Shown: in pieces, positions 47,928 through 58,109 of the stretch
Layout: each line of letters begins with the position of its first letter
Numbering within the stretch: the stretch's first letter is position 1
Assembly: GCA_965219955.1 (NCBI GenBank)
Contig: OZ244799.1
Coordinates: 4,160,001 to 4,224,000, forward strand
Source of the DNA: a bacterium
GTDB lineage: Bacteria; UBA8248
Direction: 5' to 3'
DNA length: 64,000 nt
Notes under the pieces: model-generated
Told to the model about the DNA's origin: nothing
The model's database searches: none
What the model saw: the letters and a program-made list of their open reading frames with translations, nothing else
Position numbers and translations under genes: made by a program

Positions 47928-48818
47928 CTAATACCGCTCGGGTACGAAAGTCTGCTCGCTCAGGGGAGGGCGCACGTAGGCCTTGGAGTCGCGGCGCGGG
48001 GGGAGTTCGACGGGCGAGGGCGTGAGGTCCTCGTAGGGGATGAGGGAGAGCAGGTGGCTGATGCAGTTGAGCCGCGCGCGGCGCTTGGAATCCGCGTCCA
48101 CCACGTACCAGGGGGCCTGCTTGATGTCGGTGTGGGCGAACATCTCGTCCTTCGCCCTGGAATACTCCACCCAGCGGGTGCGCGATTCGAGGTCCATCGG
48201 CGAGAGCTTCCAGCGCCTCGTCCTGTCCTCGATGCGCGCGTGAAAGCGGCGCTCCTGCTCCTCGTCGCTCACCGAGAACCAGTACTTGATGAGTATTATC
48301 CCTGAGCGCACGAGCATCCGCTCGAACGTGGGGCAGGAGTGCAGGAACTCGCGGTATTCCTCATCCGTGCAGAAGCCCATCACCCGCTCGACGCCCGCGC
48401 GGTTGTACCAGGAGCGGTCGAAGAGCGCCATCTCGCCCGCGGCGGGCAGGTGCGGCACGTAGCGCTGGAAATACCACTGCGTCTGCTCGCGCTCGGTGGG
48501 CGCCGCGAGCGCCACGACGCGGCACACCCTCGGGTTGAGCCTGAGCGTGATGCGCTTGATGACGCCTCCCTTGCCGGCCGCGTCGCGCCCCTCGAAGATG
48601 ACGACGACTTTCAAGCCCTGGTGCTTTATCCACTCCTGGAGCTTCACGAGTTCTTCCTGGAGCCGCACGAGTTCCGCCTCGTACACCCTTTTGGTCAGCT
48701 TCCGGCGCGGGGCTTTCCGGGCGTCTCCCGCCCTGGTGAAAGCGGGGGCGGTATCGCCCCCGGGCGCGACGCCCTCGCTGTCAGGTGTGGTCGTATCGGA
48801 TGCGCCTTCCGGGTCCAT
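47928..48818 (-). CDS. ppk2: Polyphosphate kinase 2
   Basis: FEGRDAAGKGG, WYFQRY, FDRSWYNRAGVERVMGFC, WKLSPMD. Confidence 0.96.
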   Translation of the reverse strand: MDPEGASDTTTPDSEGVAPGGDTAPAFTRAGDARKAPRRKLTKRVYEAELVRLQEELVKLQEWIKHQGLKVVVIFEGRDAAGKGGVIKRITLRLNPRVCRVVALAAPTEREQTQWYFQRYVPHLPAAGEMALFDRSWYNRAGVERVMGFCTDEEYREFLHSCPTFERMLVRSGIILIKYWFSVSDEEQERRFHARIEDRTRRWKLSPMDLESRTRWVEYSRAKDEMFAHTDIKQAPWYVVDADSKRRARLNCISHLLSLIPYEDLTPSPVELPPRRDSKAYVRPPLSEQTFVPERY

Positions 48819-48887
48819 GACGCGCCTCCTCGTTTGTGTCGATTGTCACGATTATGAACGCAGGAGGGGGGCCGCGCAAGGGAAAAA

Positions 48888-49240
48888 GGGTTGTTGGAAA
48901 GGCCTTCCTTGTCAGAGGGGCCTTCTTTTTTTACCCCCCTGTCCCCCCTCTTCGGGGCTGTTGAGAAAGGCATCCTTGGTCGGAATTGACCACCGACGTC
49001 ATTCCGGCGAAAGCCGGAATCCATTTTGACTTTTCACCGGGAGGGGCGGCCACGACCTTGCCGTCGCGCGGCGTCCAGATGCGGGATTCAGAGAATTCGA
49101 CTTTCGTTTTTGTGTTCGATTCCGATCCTCCTCGTCCGGGAGTAAAGACGGCTGAACGAAGGGGCGAAAAGGCAAAGGCGAAAATGGATTCCGGCTTTCG
49201 CCGGAATGACGGCCAAACCCCGAAACCGGGTGGAGGCGCA
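48888..49240. repeat. MITE left end plus CGTC-type REP doublet element (48997-49211)
   Basis: Near-identical to 24541-24781. Confidence 0.85.
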
Positions 49241-49420
49241 GGGCGCCGTTCTTGTCGTGTTTCCGGTGCGGTTTCCCCCGCCCGAAAACGAGACGTTGCC
49301 CGCCCGGATTCCGTCTGTTATTTTTAAGGACAGAGGTATAGGTTACCGTCCGCCGCCCGTCTCACCGGGATGCTGCAGTATTCCGCCGACTTCATAGCAA
49401 GGGAAAGGGGGGTAGATGCG

Positions 49421-50782
49421 ATGGATTGGCTGAATTCGATGATCAGTTCCGTGAACGCCTTCGCCTGGGGGCCGCCGATGCTCGGCATGCTTGGGGTGAC
49501 GGGCGTGCTCCTCACGCTGGGGATGGTCTTCATGCCCTGGCGCAAGGTGGGCTACGGCTTCCAGCTGCTCTACGACAAGGACGGGGCCGTAGGCGAGGGC
49601 GAGGTCAAGCCCTTCAACGCGCTGATGACGGCGCTCTCCGCCACCGTCGGCACCGGGAACATCGCCGGCGTCGCCACCGCCATCGCCCTGGGGGGTCCGG
49701 GGGCCATCTTCTACATGTGGCTCATCGCGCTCTTCGGCATGGCGACCAAATACGCCGAAGCCGTCTGCGCGGTGACCTACCGCGAGGTGGACGCGGCGGG
49801 CAAGTACGTGGGCGGGCCCATGTATTATCTCAGAAACGGCGTGGGCGAATTCGCGCCCGAACTCGCCAAGTGGCTGGGGCTCGCGTTCGCCGTGTTCGGC
49901 GCGGTGGCGGCCTTCGGCATCGGCAACGCCGTGCAGGTGAACTCGATGGCGACCGCGCTTCAGGACAGCTTCCTGGTTCCCACCTGGATCACGGGAGTCG
50001 TCGTGGCCGCGCTGGTGGGCTTCGTCATCCTGGGCGGCATCCAGCGGATCGGCGAGGTGGCGGGCAAGCTCGTGCCCGCGATGATCGCCCTCTACGTGGG
50101 CGCCGCGCTCATCATCATCCTCATCAACATCGCCTCGGTGCCCGCGGCCATCGGCCTCATCTTCACCCACGCCTTCACCCCGGCGGCGGCGGCGGGCGGT
50201 TTCGCGGGCGCGGCGGTGGTGGCGGCGGTCCGCTTCGGCGTCGCGCGCGGCGTGTTCTCGAACGAATCGGGGCTGGGCTCCGCGGCCATCGCGCACGCGG
50301 CGGCGCAGACGAACAGCCCGGTGCGCCAGGGCATCATCGCCATGCTGGGCACCTTCATCGACACCATCGTGGTCTGCACGATGACGGCGCTGGTCATCCT
50401 CACTTCCGGCGCGTGGGTGATGAAGGGCGGCGACGGCGCGGGCCTGACGGGCGTCGTGCTCACCTCGGCGGGCTTCCAGAGCACCATCGCGGGCGGGAAG
50501 TACATCGTCACCATCGCGCTGGCCGTCTTCGCCTTCACCACCATCCTGGGCTGGTCGTACTACGGCGAGCGGTGCTGGCAGTATCTCTTCTCAGAGAACA
50601 GCCTCATGGTCTACCGGGGTCTCTGGGTGCTGGCGGCGCTCGGCTTCGCGAACGTGAAGGTGGACTTCGTCTGGAACTTGTCTGACACGCTGAACGGGCT
50701 GATGGCGGTGCCCAACCTCATCGGCCTGCTCCTGCTCGCGCCGATGGTCTTCAAGGTCACGCGCGAGTATTTCGACGCGTAA
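49421..50782 (+). CDS. Alanine/glycine:cation symporter (AGCS family)
   Basis: ATVGTGNIAGVATAI, GGPMYYL, RGVFSNESGLGS, FAFTTILGWSYYGE, PNLI. Confidence 0.96.
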   Translation: MDWLNSMISSVNAFAWGPPMLGMLGVTGVLLTLGMVFMPWRKVGYGFQLLYDKDGAVGEGEVKPFNALMTALSATVGTGNIAGVATAIALGGPGAIFYMWLIALFGMATKYAEAVCAVTYREVDAAGKYVGGPMYYLRNGVGEFAPELAKWLGLAFAVFGAVAAFGIGNAVQVNSMATALQDSFLVPTWITGVVVAALVGFVILGGIQRIGEVAGKLVPAMIALYVGAALIIILINIASVPAAIGLIFTHAFTPAAAAGGFAGAAVVAAVRFGVARGVFSNESGLGSAAIAHAAAQTNSPVRQGIIAMLGTFIDTIVVCTMTALVILTSGAWVMKGGDGAGLTGVVLTSAGFQSTIAGGKYIVTIALAVFAFTTILGWSYYGERCWQYLFSENSLMVYRGLWVLAALGFANVKVDFVWNLSDTLNGLMAVPNLIGLLLLAPMVFKVTREYFDA

Positions 50783-50792
50783 CAGCTTCACC

Positions 50793-50849
50793 AACCAGGG
50801 GCCGTCCTTGCGGGTGCGAAACCGCTTGCAAGGGCGGCCCTTGGTTTTA
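50793..50849 (+). terminator. Long hairpin / intrinsic terminator
   Basis: AACCAGGGGCCGTCCTTGCGGGTG ... CGCTTGCAAGGGCGGCCCTTGGTTTT. Confidence 0.65.
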
Positions 50850-50904
50850 TGAGGCAAATGCCTCTGACTTGGTGGTGAGAACGAAGAATTCACTCCCCCT
50901 TGAG

Positions 50905-51115
50905 GGGGCTGTTGAAAAAGTCCTGTCCGACCTTCGAGATTGTTCGCCGTAGCGGACGGGCCCCTGCGCCTGTCCGTGGCCTCCGTGCCTGTCCTGCTGT
51001 TCGTGGTTGTCCTTCGTCAGGACAGGCACGGAGGCCTGTCCCTACAAAACCATCACGTCTGCGCCGCATGAACCTCCTTGCCGCCGATCCCGAAACAGGT
51101 TTTTTCAACAGCCCC
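50905..51115. mobile_element. MITE, inverted copy of 5555-5745
   Basis: GGGGCTGTTGAAAAAG ... TTTTTCAACAGCCCC with the same sub-terminal sequence; no target duplication visible here. Confidence 0.75.
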
Positions 51116-51309
51116 TCATCAGTCGCGATTGACCCTCCACCGATTCAGCCTTCACAGAAAACGCCCGGCTTCACCGTCTGGCTTTCCCCTCGGGAAGCCA
51201 GTCCCTCAGGGGGGAGTGAATCGGGTTACGACCTGCTCCTCCGTTCCTCCCGCCCCATGCTATACTGCTCCTGTACCGACATTCCCCCTCCCGTTCATGA
51301 AGGCCGCCA

Positions 51310-52536
51310 TTGGAATATCTCTCCTTCGCGTGGAACAACCGCCGGTTTCTGGCATTCGGCCTCCTGCTCACGTTTTTCTCGTGCTTCGGGCAGTCCTATT
51401 ACATCGCCGTGTTCAACACCGACATCCGGGCCGCCTTCTCCCTCTCCCACGGGGAGTTCGGCCTGGCCTACGCCGTCGCCACCGTATCGAGCGCGTTGTG
51501 CCTGATATGGATAGGCCGGATGATCGACAAGACGAGGCTGAAGCGCTTCGCCCTGTGCGTCTGCCTGGGGCTCGTCGCCTCGTGCGTCCTGATGGCGGCG
51601 GCGCCCGTTTTCCCGGCGCTGCTCTTCGCGTTGTTCGCCCTCAGGCTCACGGGGCAGGGATTGATGGTCCACACCTCGGTGACGAGCATCGGCCGGCATT
51701 TCGCAGCGGAGCGCGGGCGCGCCGTCAGCATCATCTCGATGGGCGGACCCTCGGGCCAGGCGGTGATGGCGCTCGCGGCGGTGGGCTTGAGCGCGTGGCT
51801 CTCCTGGCGGCACATCTGGCTGGTGATGGCGGCCGTTTCGGCCCTCGTGCTGATTCCCGCCGTCGCCTGGCTGCTTGCGGAGCATCAAGACGAGCATCTG
51901 GCCCGAAAGACGCGCGCGGAGGAATCGGCTTCTGTTTCCGGCCCCCAGGGGGTGTGGGGGAGAAGGGAGGTGCTGAAGGACCTGCGCTTCTACTTCATCA
52001 TGCCCGTTTCCCTTGCCCCCTCGTTCATCGCCACGGGCTTTTTCTTCCACATGGGGCACCTGGTGGAGGCCAAGGGGTGGACCCTCGCCTTCTTCACGGG
52101 CGCGTACACGCTCTACACCCTTTTCTCCGTCTCGTTGACGCTGCTCACCGGCCCCGTCGTGGACCGCATCGGCGCGGTCCGGATTCTCCCCTGGCATCTC
52201 GCGCCTCTGTGCGCCGGGCTTCTGGCGCTGGCGAGTTCCGACCACTGGTCCGCGGCGGTTCTCTACATGGGCCTGACGGGGATCACCGTCGGCGTGCGCA
52301 TCACCATCGGCGGGGCCATCTGGGCGGAGATCTACGGGGTGGAGAACCTCGGCGCCATCCGCTCCCTCGCCACCTCGTTCATGGTGGTGTCGACGGCGCT
52401 CTCGCCCGTCGTCTTCGGCTGGATGATCGACTACGGCGTGAGCGTGGAGGCCCTCGCCCTCATGTGCCTGGCCTACGGCGTCGGGTCGTCCGTCCTGAGC
52501 GGCGCGTCGCTCGGGGTGCGGCGCAATCGCGGGTGA
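51310..52536 (+). CDS. MFS transporter
   Basis: FFSCFGQSYY, GRMIDK, LRLTGQGLM, WAEIYG; TTG start. Confidence 0.9.
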   Translation: MEYLSFAWNNRRFLAFGLLLTFFSCFGQSYYIAVFNTDIRAAFSLSHGEFGLAYAVATVSSALCLIWIGRMIDKTRLKRFALCVCLGLVASCVLMAAAPVFPALLFALFALRLTGQGLMVHTSVTSIGRHFAAERGRAVSIISMGGPSGQAVMALAAVGLSAWLSWRHIWLVMAAVSALVLIPAVAWLLAEHQDEHLARKTRAEESASVSGPQGVWGRREVLKDLRFYFIMPVSLAPSFIATGFFFHMGHLVEAKGWTLAFFTGAYTLYTLFSVSLTLLTGPVVDRIGAVRILPWHLAPLCAGLLALASSDHWSAAVLYMGLTGITVGVRITIGGAIWAEIYGVENLGAIRSLATSFMVVSTALSPVVFGWMIDYGVSVEALALMCLAYGVGSSVLSGASLGVRRNRG

Positions 52537-52603
52537 AGCGGGAGGTTTTTTATTTCTCCCCCATTGAGGTGGTGTGGTTTTTGTATTTGAGAGGGTGTTT
52601 TTC

Positions 52604-52866
52604 TGTAGGGACAGGCCCCCGTGCCTGTCCTGCCCTCCGTGGTTGTCCTTTGTCAGGACGGGCGCGGGGGTAGGGCGACCACAGGGGGTCGCCCCGACGG
52701 GAACATTCCTTTGAGAGATCACAATGCCCGTCATTCCGGCGAAAGCCGGAATCCATTTTTACGCCTTTTGCCTTTCGTCAGGGTTCCTGCGCATCGGCGG
52801 GGAAGGAAACGCCACTGTTCATTCATCCGCATCCGCAAATGGATTCCGGCTTTCGCCGGAATGACG
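52604..52866. repeat. GTAG-REP array plus CGTC-type REP doublet (52729-52866)
   Basis: GTAGGGACAGGCCCCCGTGCCTGTCC and CGTCATTCCGGCGAAAGCCGGAATCC arms. Confidence 0.85.
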
Positions 52867-52907
52867 ACAAGACCGAACCGCCCCTACGCGATCCCGGGGC
52901 TCACGCC

Positions 52908-53237
52908 TCAGCGGTCTTTGCGCTTCGTAGGCGCGAAGCGGCGCCGCCAGCTCGCCGTCTGGGAGCGCGTGATGCGGTAGAGCATGAAGCCGCCGGCCGT
53001 CACCGAGACGAGGATGAGCGCGAAGCCTATCGTCATCGTCTTCTGGAACGGCGTGGCGCGCCTGGTTTTCTTGTCCACAGCCTCCCCGGAAGTTTTCTGC
53101 GCGGCGGGAGGCTTCTTCGGCGGGGCGACGTCGGGCAGCCAGACGAAGGGAATCGCCACCATCCCCGCCACGAAGAGGATGGGCAGTATCAGGCGCGTGA
53201 AGTAGAGTCGGAACACGATCCGGCAAACCTCCATCAT
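52908..53237 (-). CDS. Small hypothetical membrane protein (2 TM)
   Basis: Two hydrophobic segments, host-like codon usage; start uncertain. Confidence 0.55.
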   Translation of the reverse strand: MMEVCRIVFRLYFTRLILPILFVAGMVAIPFVWLPDVAPPKKPPAAQKTSGEAVDKKTRRATPFQKTMTIGFALILVSVTAGGFMLYRITRSQTASWRRRFAPTKRKDR

Positions 53238-53370
53238 CGCCACGAAGCGCGTGGCCGGCGCCGGGAGCGTGAGATACGGAAGAAGCGAAACCCCGTCAAA
53301 CTCCCGATTCGGACTATAAAGGGCGAAGGCGCGTGAATCCACCCCTGCGCCGCCCGGCGGCGGCGTACCT

Positions 53371-53820
53371 GGGATTCTTGGAAAACCCTCCTCGCTCGGG
53401 ATTGAGCACCGCCGTCATTCCGGCAATCAATGCCGACCGAGGAGGGAGGGATTGCCCGGAATCCATTTTCAAGCAGAATGACGGTACTCCGGTTTTTCAT
53501 CTCCTCGTCATTGGCGAGAATCAATCAGAAAAAAACAAAAGCAAAACAAATGGATTCCGTCGAACCCTCCCGCATTGGTCGGTTCCGACACCGGAATGAC
53601 GAACAAAGCGGCCTCGGACAGATCGCGACCTGTCCCTACAGACCCTTCTACCTAGCCAATCGGGCGACCACAGGGGGCAGGACAACCACAGAGGGTGTCC
53701 CTACGCATCTCCTGCGTTTTGAATCGAAATCGTAGGGACAGGCCTCCGTGCCTGTCCTGAACGGCCTCCCCGGTCGGCTCCATCCACCGAATCACGAAAT
53801 CAGGACTTTTTCAACAACCC
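53371..53820. repeat. Composite MITE-like cluster carrying CGTC-type and GTAG-type REPs
   Basis: Right end CCGAATCACGAAATCAGGACTTTTTCAACAACCC shared with 25021-25055 and 25103-25137. Confidence 0.75.
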
Positions 53821-53965
53821 GTCTTTTTCGCCTCATGGGCGCGCGCGGTTTTCGTTTCGCCCTAAATGTGGTGATATGGATTATTCACCTGAAGTAAGCG
53901 AGCGGGAAGTTTTTTAAGCGTTTTCATTTGGTTTTTTACGTTTTAGGCAAGGGAGGCAGGGACGG

Positions 53966-54721
53966 ATGAAACGGCCGAGAATCGGAATCACCTGCGACGT
54001 GGGCAAGCGGAATTTCCCCGAAGAACCCAAGGTGCGCCCGCGCCACGTACTCATGGACGCCTATGTGGAGTCCGTCATCAAGGCGGGCGGCGCGCCCCTG
54101 CTGCTCCCCGCGGTGGAAGACGAGCAGGCGAGCGTCTCCTTGCTGCTCGGCATCGACGGGCTGATCATCTCGGGCGGCGGGCACGACATCGACCCCATGC
54201 TCTACGGCGAGGAGCGCTTGCCCGAGTGCAGCCCCACGAACCCCAAGCGCGAGACGGCGGAGATGGCGGCCTGCCGGGGCGCCATGTCGCGCGACATGCC
54301 CGTGCTCGGCATCTGCGGCGGCATGCAGGTCATCAACATCGCGGCGGGCGGCACGCTCTATCAGGACATCCCCTCCCAGGTGCCGGGCGCGCTCACGCAC
54401 CGGCCAGAGAACACGGACGAGAACACCTACACGTTCCACGAGATAGAGATCGGCGATTCCATCCTGGGCGAGGTGCTGGGCGCTTCGTCGGTGGTGAACA
54501 GCCACCACCACCAGAGCGCGCGCGAGGTGGGGCCGGGCGTACGCGTTTCGGCCAAGACCGAAGACGGGGTCATCGAGGCCATCGAGTCCCCCTCGCACCA
54601 GTTCGTCGTGGGCGTGCAGTGGCATCCCGAATCCATGTCGGCCTACGGCTACGCCGACATGGACGGGGCGGCGCAGCTCTTCTCCCGCTTCGTGGACGAG
54701 GCCCGCATCTATTCGGACTAG
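53966..54721 (+). CDS. Peptidase C26 / gamma-glutamyl-gamma-aminobutyrate hydrolase family
   Basis: SGGGHDIDP, LGICGGMQ, VNSHHHQ, GVQWHPE. Confidence 0.92.
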   Translation: MKRPRIGITCDVGKRNFPEEPKVRPRHVLMDAYVESVIKAGGAPLLLPAVEDEQASVSLLLGIDGLIISGGGHDIDPMLYGEERLPECSPTNPKRETAEMAACRGAMSRDMPVLGICGGMQVINIAAGGTLYQDIPSQVPGALTHRPENTDENTYTFHEIEIGDSILGEVLGASSVVNSHHHQSAREVGPGVRVSAKTEDGVIEAIESPSHQFVVGVQWHPESMSAYGYADMDGAAQLFSRFVDEARIYSD

Positions 54722-54769
54722 GGCCGCGTGAGGCCTTCTTTTTTCGCATAAGCCAAAGGAACCCTCCTG

Positions 54770-56995
54770 ATGGACAAGCGACTGGACCCCTACCGCTTCG
54801 ATGTGGGAAGCGCCCGCGTGGAGCCCGAAACCCCCATCGTGGCGGGGGCGTTCTTCACCCGGCGTGTCATCTTCACGGCGGGCAAATACGGGGTGGACGA
54901 GGGCGCGCAGATACTGGTCTGCAAGCGCCTGTCGAGCGACATGGAGATCCCCCAGTTCACCGACCCCGCGGCGTCGGGCTACGTGAGCGTAACGTGTTCG
55001 AACCCCGAGGTGGGCCTCGCGCTCTCCTATCAGGAACAGGGCTATCTCGACGACTGGCGCTCGGGCGTCGCCATACGGGTCGCGAAGGGGTTTTTATGCC
55101 AGGGCGATGAGGTCACGCTCGTCTTGGGCGACCCCGCGGGCGGAGGGCCGGGCATCCGCGCGCAGACGTTTCCCGAGACGCGCCACACCTTCAAGATCGT
55201 GGTGGACACCTTCAACCGCAAGCATTTCTATGAGCTGGAAAACGACCCCGAAATCCGCGTCCTGGGCGGCGCGCCCGAGACCTGGCATCTCGCGTGTCCC
55301 CAGACGCCACCGCGCGGGGAGGCGTTCTCCGCCATCGTGCGCGGCGTGGACAGCTGGGGGAACCCGGCGGAAGAGTTTATCGGCGAGGTCTCGGTCAGCA
55401 AGAGTCTCAGGAGTTGGCGCGAGGAGGATGAGGCGCCGGGCCGGGTGGAATTTTCAGCTGATGACGGCGGCGTGAAGCGCACAGGCGGCGCGCGGCTCAC
55501 GGGCGAGGGGCCTTACCGCCTGCGGCTCGAGGACCCGGCGGGGCTGGTGTCTTTGAGTCCGCCGATTCTGCCGAAAGCCCCCGATGATCCCTATTCCCTC
55601 TTCTGGGGGGACATCCACGGCCAGACGCGCTCCACGGTCGGCACGGGCACGGTGGAGGAATACTTCCGCTTCGCGCGCGACAAGGCGGGTGTCGATATCG
55701 CCGCGTGGCAGGGCAACGATTTCCGCGTCCGCAGGGAAGACTGGGCGGAGGTCGTGCGCGAGTGCAAGGCGTTCAACGAGCCGGGCCGCTTCGTCACGCT
55801 CCTGGGCTACGAGTGGTCGGGTACGCGTTCAGGCGGCGGCGATTACAACATCTACTACGCGGGCGATGCGGGAACCATCCACAGGAGTTCGCACGCCGGA
55901 GTAGACGATCTCTCGGACGTCGATGACGACAGGTTCCCCATCTCGGCGCTCTGGGAGACCTTCCGGGGCCGGACGGACGTGATGAGCGTCGCCCACGTGG
56001 GCGGACGCGCGTGCAACCTCGATTTCTTCGACCCCGAATTCGTCCATCTGGCGGAAATCCATTCCCACCACGGCACCTTCGAGTGGTTCGCCGAGGAAGT
56101 GCTCGCGCGCGGCTTCCGCGTCGGCTTCATCGGCGGGAGCGACGACCACACGGGCCGCCAGGGACTCGTCTACCCCAACCGTCGCTCGAACAACGTCGTC
56201 ACCTTCGACGTGAAGGGCGGCTTGATGGGCCTGTATGCCAGGGAACTCACGCGCGAGGCCGTCTGGGAGGCGATGCGCGCGCGCAGGACCTACGCCACGA
56301 ACGGCGAGCGCATTTACTTGAAGACCGCCTGCGGGGAGGCCCTGATGGGCGAGGAGGTGGAGGCGCAAGGCTCGCCGACCATCAAGGTCGAGGTCCACGG
56401 CACGGCGCCTCTTCTGGACGTGGAACTCAAGCGCGGCGCGGAGACCATCCACCGCCATCCGGTGAGCGCACCGGAAAACAGCGGCCGCGTTCGGCGCATC
56501 CGCGTGCAGTGGAGCGGGGTGACGCAGAAAAGCGGGCGCGACAAGAAGGTCGAGTGGCGCGGCGGCATCGCGCTGGATAGGGGTGCGATGCTCGCGCACA
56601 CGCCCTACGCGCTCGATCAGTACGACGACGCGATCACCCGCGTTTCGAACAAGCTGCTCCGCTTCGCCACCGCCACCTCGGGCGACCCGGACGGCGTGCT
56701 CATCGACGTGGACGCCCCCGGCGACGCGCGGCTTTCCTTCTTCAGCAACGTCAGGAGTTTCGAGATTCCCCTCTCAGACATTTCGGCAGAACCCACCATC
56801 ATCGAGGCCGGCGGCGTGAACATCCGCGTTCTCGTCGCCGAAGCCGCGCCGACCCTCAAGGACTGGAGCGCGCGCTTCCAGTTCACCGACGAGGACGCTT
56901 CCCCCGACGCCGTCAACCCCTACTGGGTGCGCGTCCTGCAAGTCGACGGCGGCCAGGCCTGGTCGAGTCCTGTGTATGTGAACAGGGTGGGGTGA
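54770..56995 (+). CDS. DUF3604-type PHP-like metal-dependent hydrolase
   Basis: FWGDIHGQ, GYEWSG, EIHSHHG, GGSDDHTGR, RRTYATNG, AWSSPVY. Confidence 0.75.
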   Translation: MDKRLDPYRFDVGSARVEPETPIVAGAFFTRRVIFTAGKYGVDEGAQILVCKRLSSDMEIPQFTDPAASGYVSVTCSNPEVGLALSYQEQGYLDDWRSGVAIRVAKGFLCQGDEVTLVLGDPAGGGPGIRAQTFPETRHTFKIVVDTFNRKHFYELENDPEIRVLGGAPETWHLACPQTPPRGEAFSAIVRGVDSWGNPAEEFIGEVSVSKSLRSWREEDEAPGRVEFSADDGGVKRTGGARLTGEGPYRLRLEDPAGLVSLSPPILPKAPDDPYSLFWGDIHGQTRSTVGTGTVEEYFRFARDKAGVDIAAWQGNDFRVRREDWAEVVRECKAFNEPGRFVTLLGYEWSGTRSGGGDYNIYYAGDAGTIHRSSHAGVDDLSDVDDDRFPISALWETFRGRTDVMSVAHVGGRACNLDFFDPEFVHLAEIHSHHGTFEWFAEEVLARGFRVGFIGGSDDHTGRQGLVYPNRRSNNVVTFDVKGGLMGLYARELTREAVWEAMRARRTYATNGERIYLKTACGEALMGEEVEAQGSPTIKVEVHGTAPLLDVELKRGAETIHRHPVSAPENSGRVRRIRVQWSGVTQKSGRDKKVEWRGGIALDRGAMLAHTPYALDQYDDAITRVSNKLLRFATATSGDPDGVLIDVDAPGDARLSFFSNVRSFEIPLSDISAEPTIIEAGGVNIRVLVAEAAPTLKDWSARFQFTDEDASPDAVNPYWVRVLQVDGGQAWSSPVYVNRVG

Positions 56996-57066
56996 GGGGG
57001 TGTTTTCAGATTGACGCGCATGTGAAGTCCATTCCAGAAAGTCGATTGACGGAGGTAACGAGTTAG

Positions 57067-57792
57067 ATGGTTGATGATGAATTCAAGATTGTCGAAATCT
57101 TGCGTTGTTTTGAGGAGAGTGCCCAGTCAAGGGTAAAAGCTTTAAACGAAAGACATAACAAAATATGGACGTGGATATGGAAGATGTGGACTGCGCGGGA
57201 AACGATGCTTTTCAGTGCAATTATTTCCTTTTCTATAGTTGTGGGGTTGGCAACGAATGTTTGGTTGCAAGATATTGATTCTCCGGTAGGCATGCTTGTC
57301 TTGTTGCTGGTTGTCGTAGGAATATTTTTTCTAACTGCATCTGTTGGCATGATTGTTCTTGCCAGTTGGACAGCCCCAGGGTTTGAGATTGAAAGAGTGA
57401 GATCGATTGGCCTCACGTATCTTATGACGGGACATCCTCAAGCTGCCATTACAGCTTACGACGAAGTTCTCCGTCTTGACCGGAACCTAGGCGAGGCCAA
57501 CAGAAATCGTGGTCTCGCTGAGGCCATGATGGGTGAATTCGAAGCTGCTGTTGAGGATTTCGATAGAGCGATTTCTAGCTATAGAAACAAGAAACGCTCA
57601 TATAAAGACCTTTGGATGATTCATTGTGTCGAAACCTGCTACATCAGCCGGGGTATATCGAAAGCCGAGTTGGGTTTTGTAGATGAAGCGCGGGAAGATT
57701 TAACGACCGCGCTTGACTTGGCTGGCGATGCCGGTGATGAAAGCCTAATTTCCTTGGCGGAGCAGGAGCTTCAAAAACTCAGCCAAAAATAA
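57067..57792 (+). CDS. Membrane-anchored tetratricopeptide repeat protein
   Basis: Two TM segments then TPR-like repeats (AAITAYDEVLRLD, NRGLA, DFDRAI, SRGISK); AT-richer than flanks. Confidence 0.75.
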   Translation: MVDDEFKIVEILRCFEESAQSRVKALNERHNKIWTWIWKMWTARETMLFSAIISFSIVVGLATNVWLQDIDSPVGMLVLLLVVVGIFFLTASVGMIVLASWTAPGFEIERVRSIGLTYLMTGHPQAAITAYDEVLRLDRNLGEANRNRGLAEAMMGEFEAAVEDFDRAISSYRNKKRSYKDLWMIHCVETCYISRGISKAELGFVDEAREDLTTALDLAGDAGDESLISLAEQELQKLSQK

Positions 57793-57915
57793 TCCAACCA
57801 AAGCCGCATAACAAAATCCGCCCCATCAATACCCCTTTCTCGGCTAGAGCAATCTCTCCCTCTTCGAGAAACCTGACGGCAAGGCGAGTCAACCAAGAAC
57901 CACTCCCCCCTTGAG

Positions 57916-58109
57916 GGGATTGTTGAAAAAGTTTGGTCTGCCCCTCTGCAAACCGCCAACGCCTCTTTCCTCACCCTGAGTAGCCGCCGAAGGCGGCGTA
58001 TCGAAGGGCGCGGGGAGTCGAACGCCTCGCGCCGGGCGAGAGGGCATCCTTCGATACGCGGCTCCGCCGCTACTCAGGATGAGGCGGATAGGGGTTTTTC
58101 AACAGCCCC
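57916..58109. mobile_element. MITE flanked by 5-bp direct repeat TTGAG, inserted in a CACTCCCCCCTTGAGGG-type element (57901-58303)
   Basis: TTGAG(57911-57915) GGGATTGTTGAAAAAG ... TTTTTCAACAGCCCC TTGAG(58110-58114); uninterrupted host element at 38798-38980. Confidence 0.8.

Noticed and set aside
49240-49420. Glycine riboswitch upstream of the alanine/glycine symporter
   Set aside because: Only AAGGACAGAG resembles the linker; the aptamer core motifs are absent
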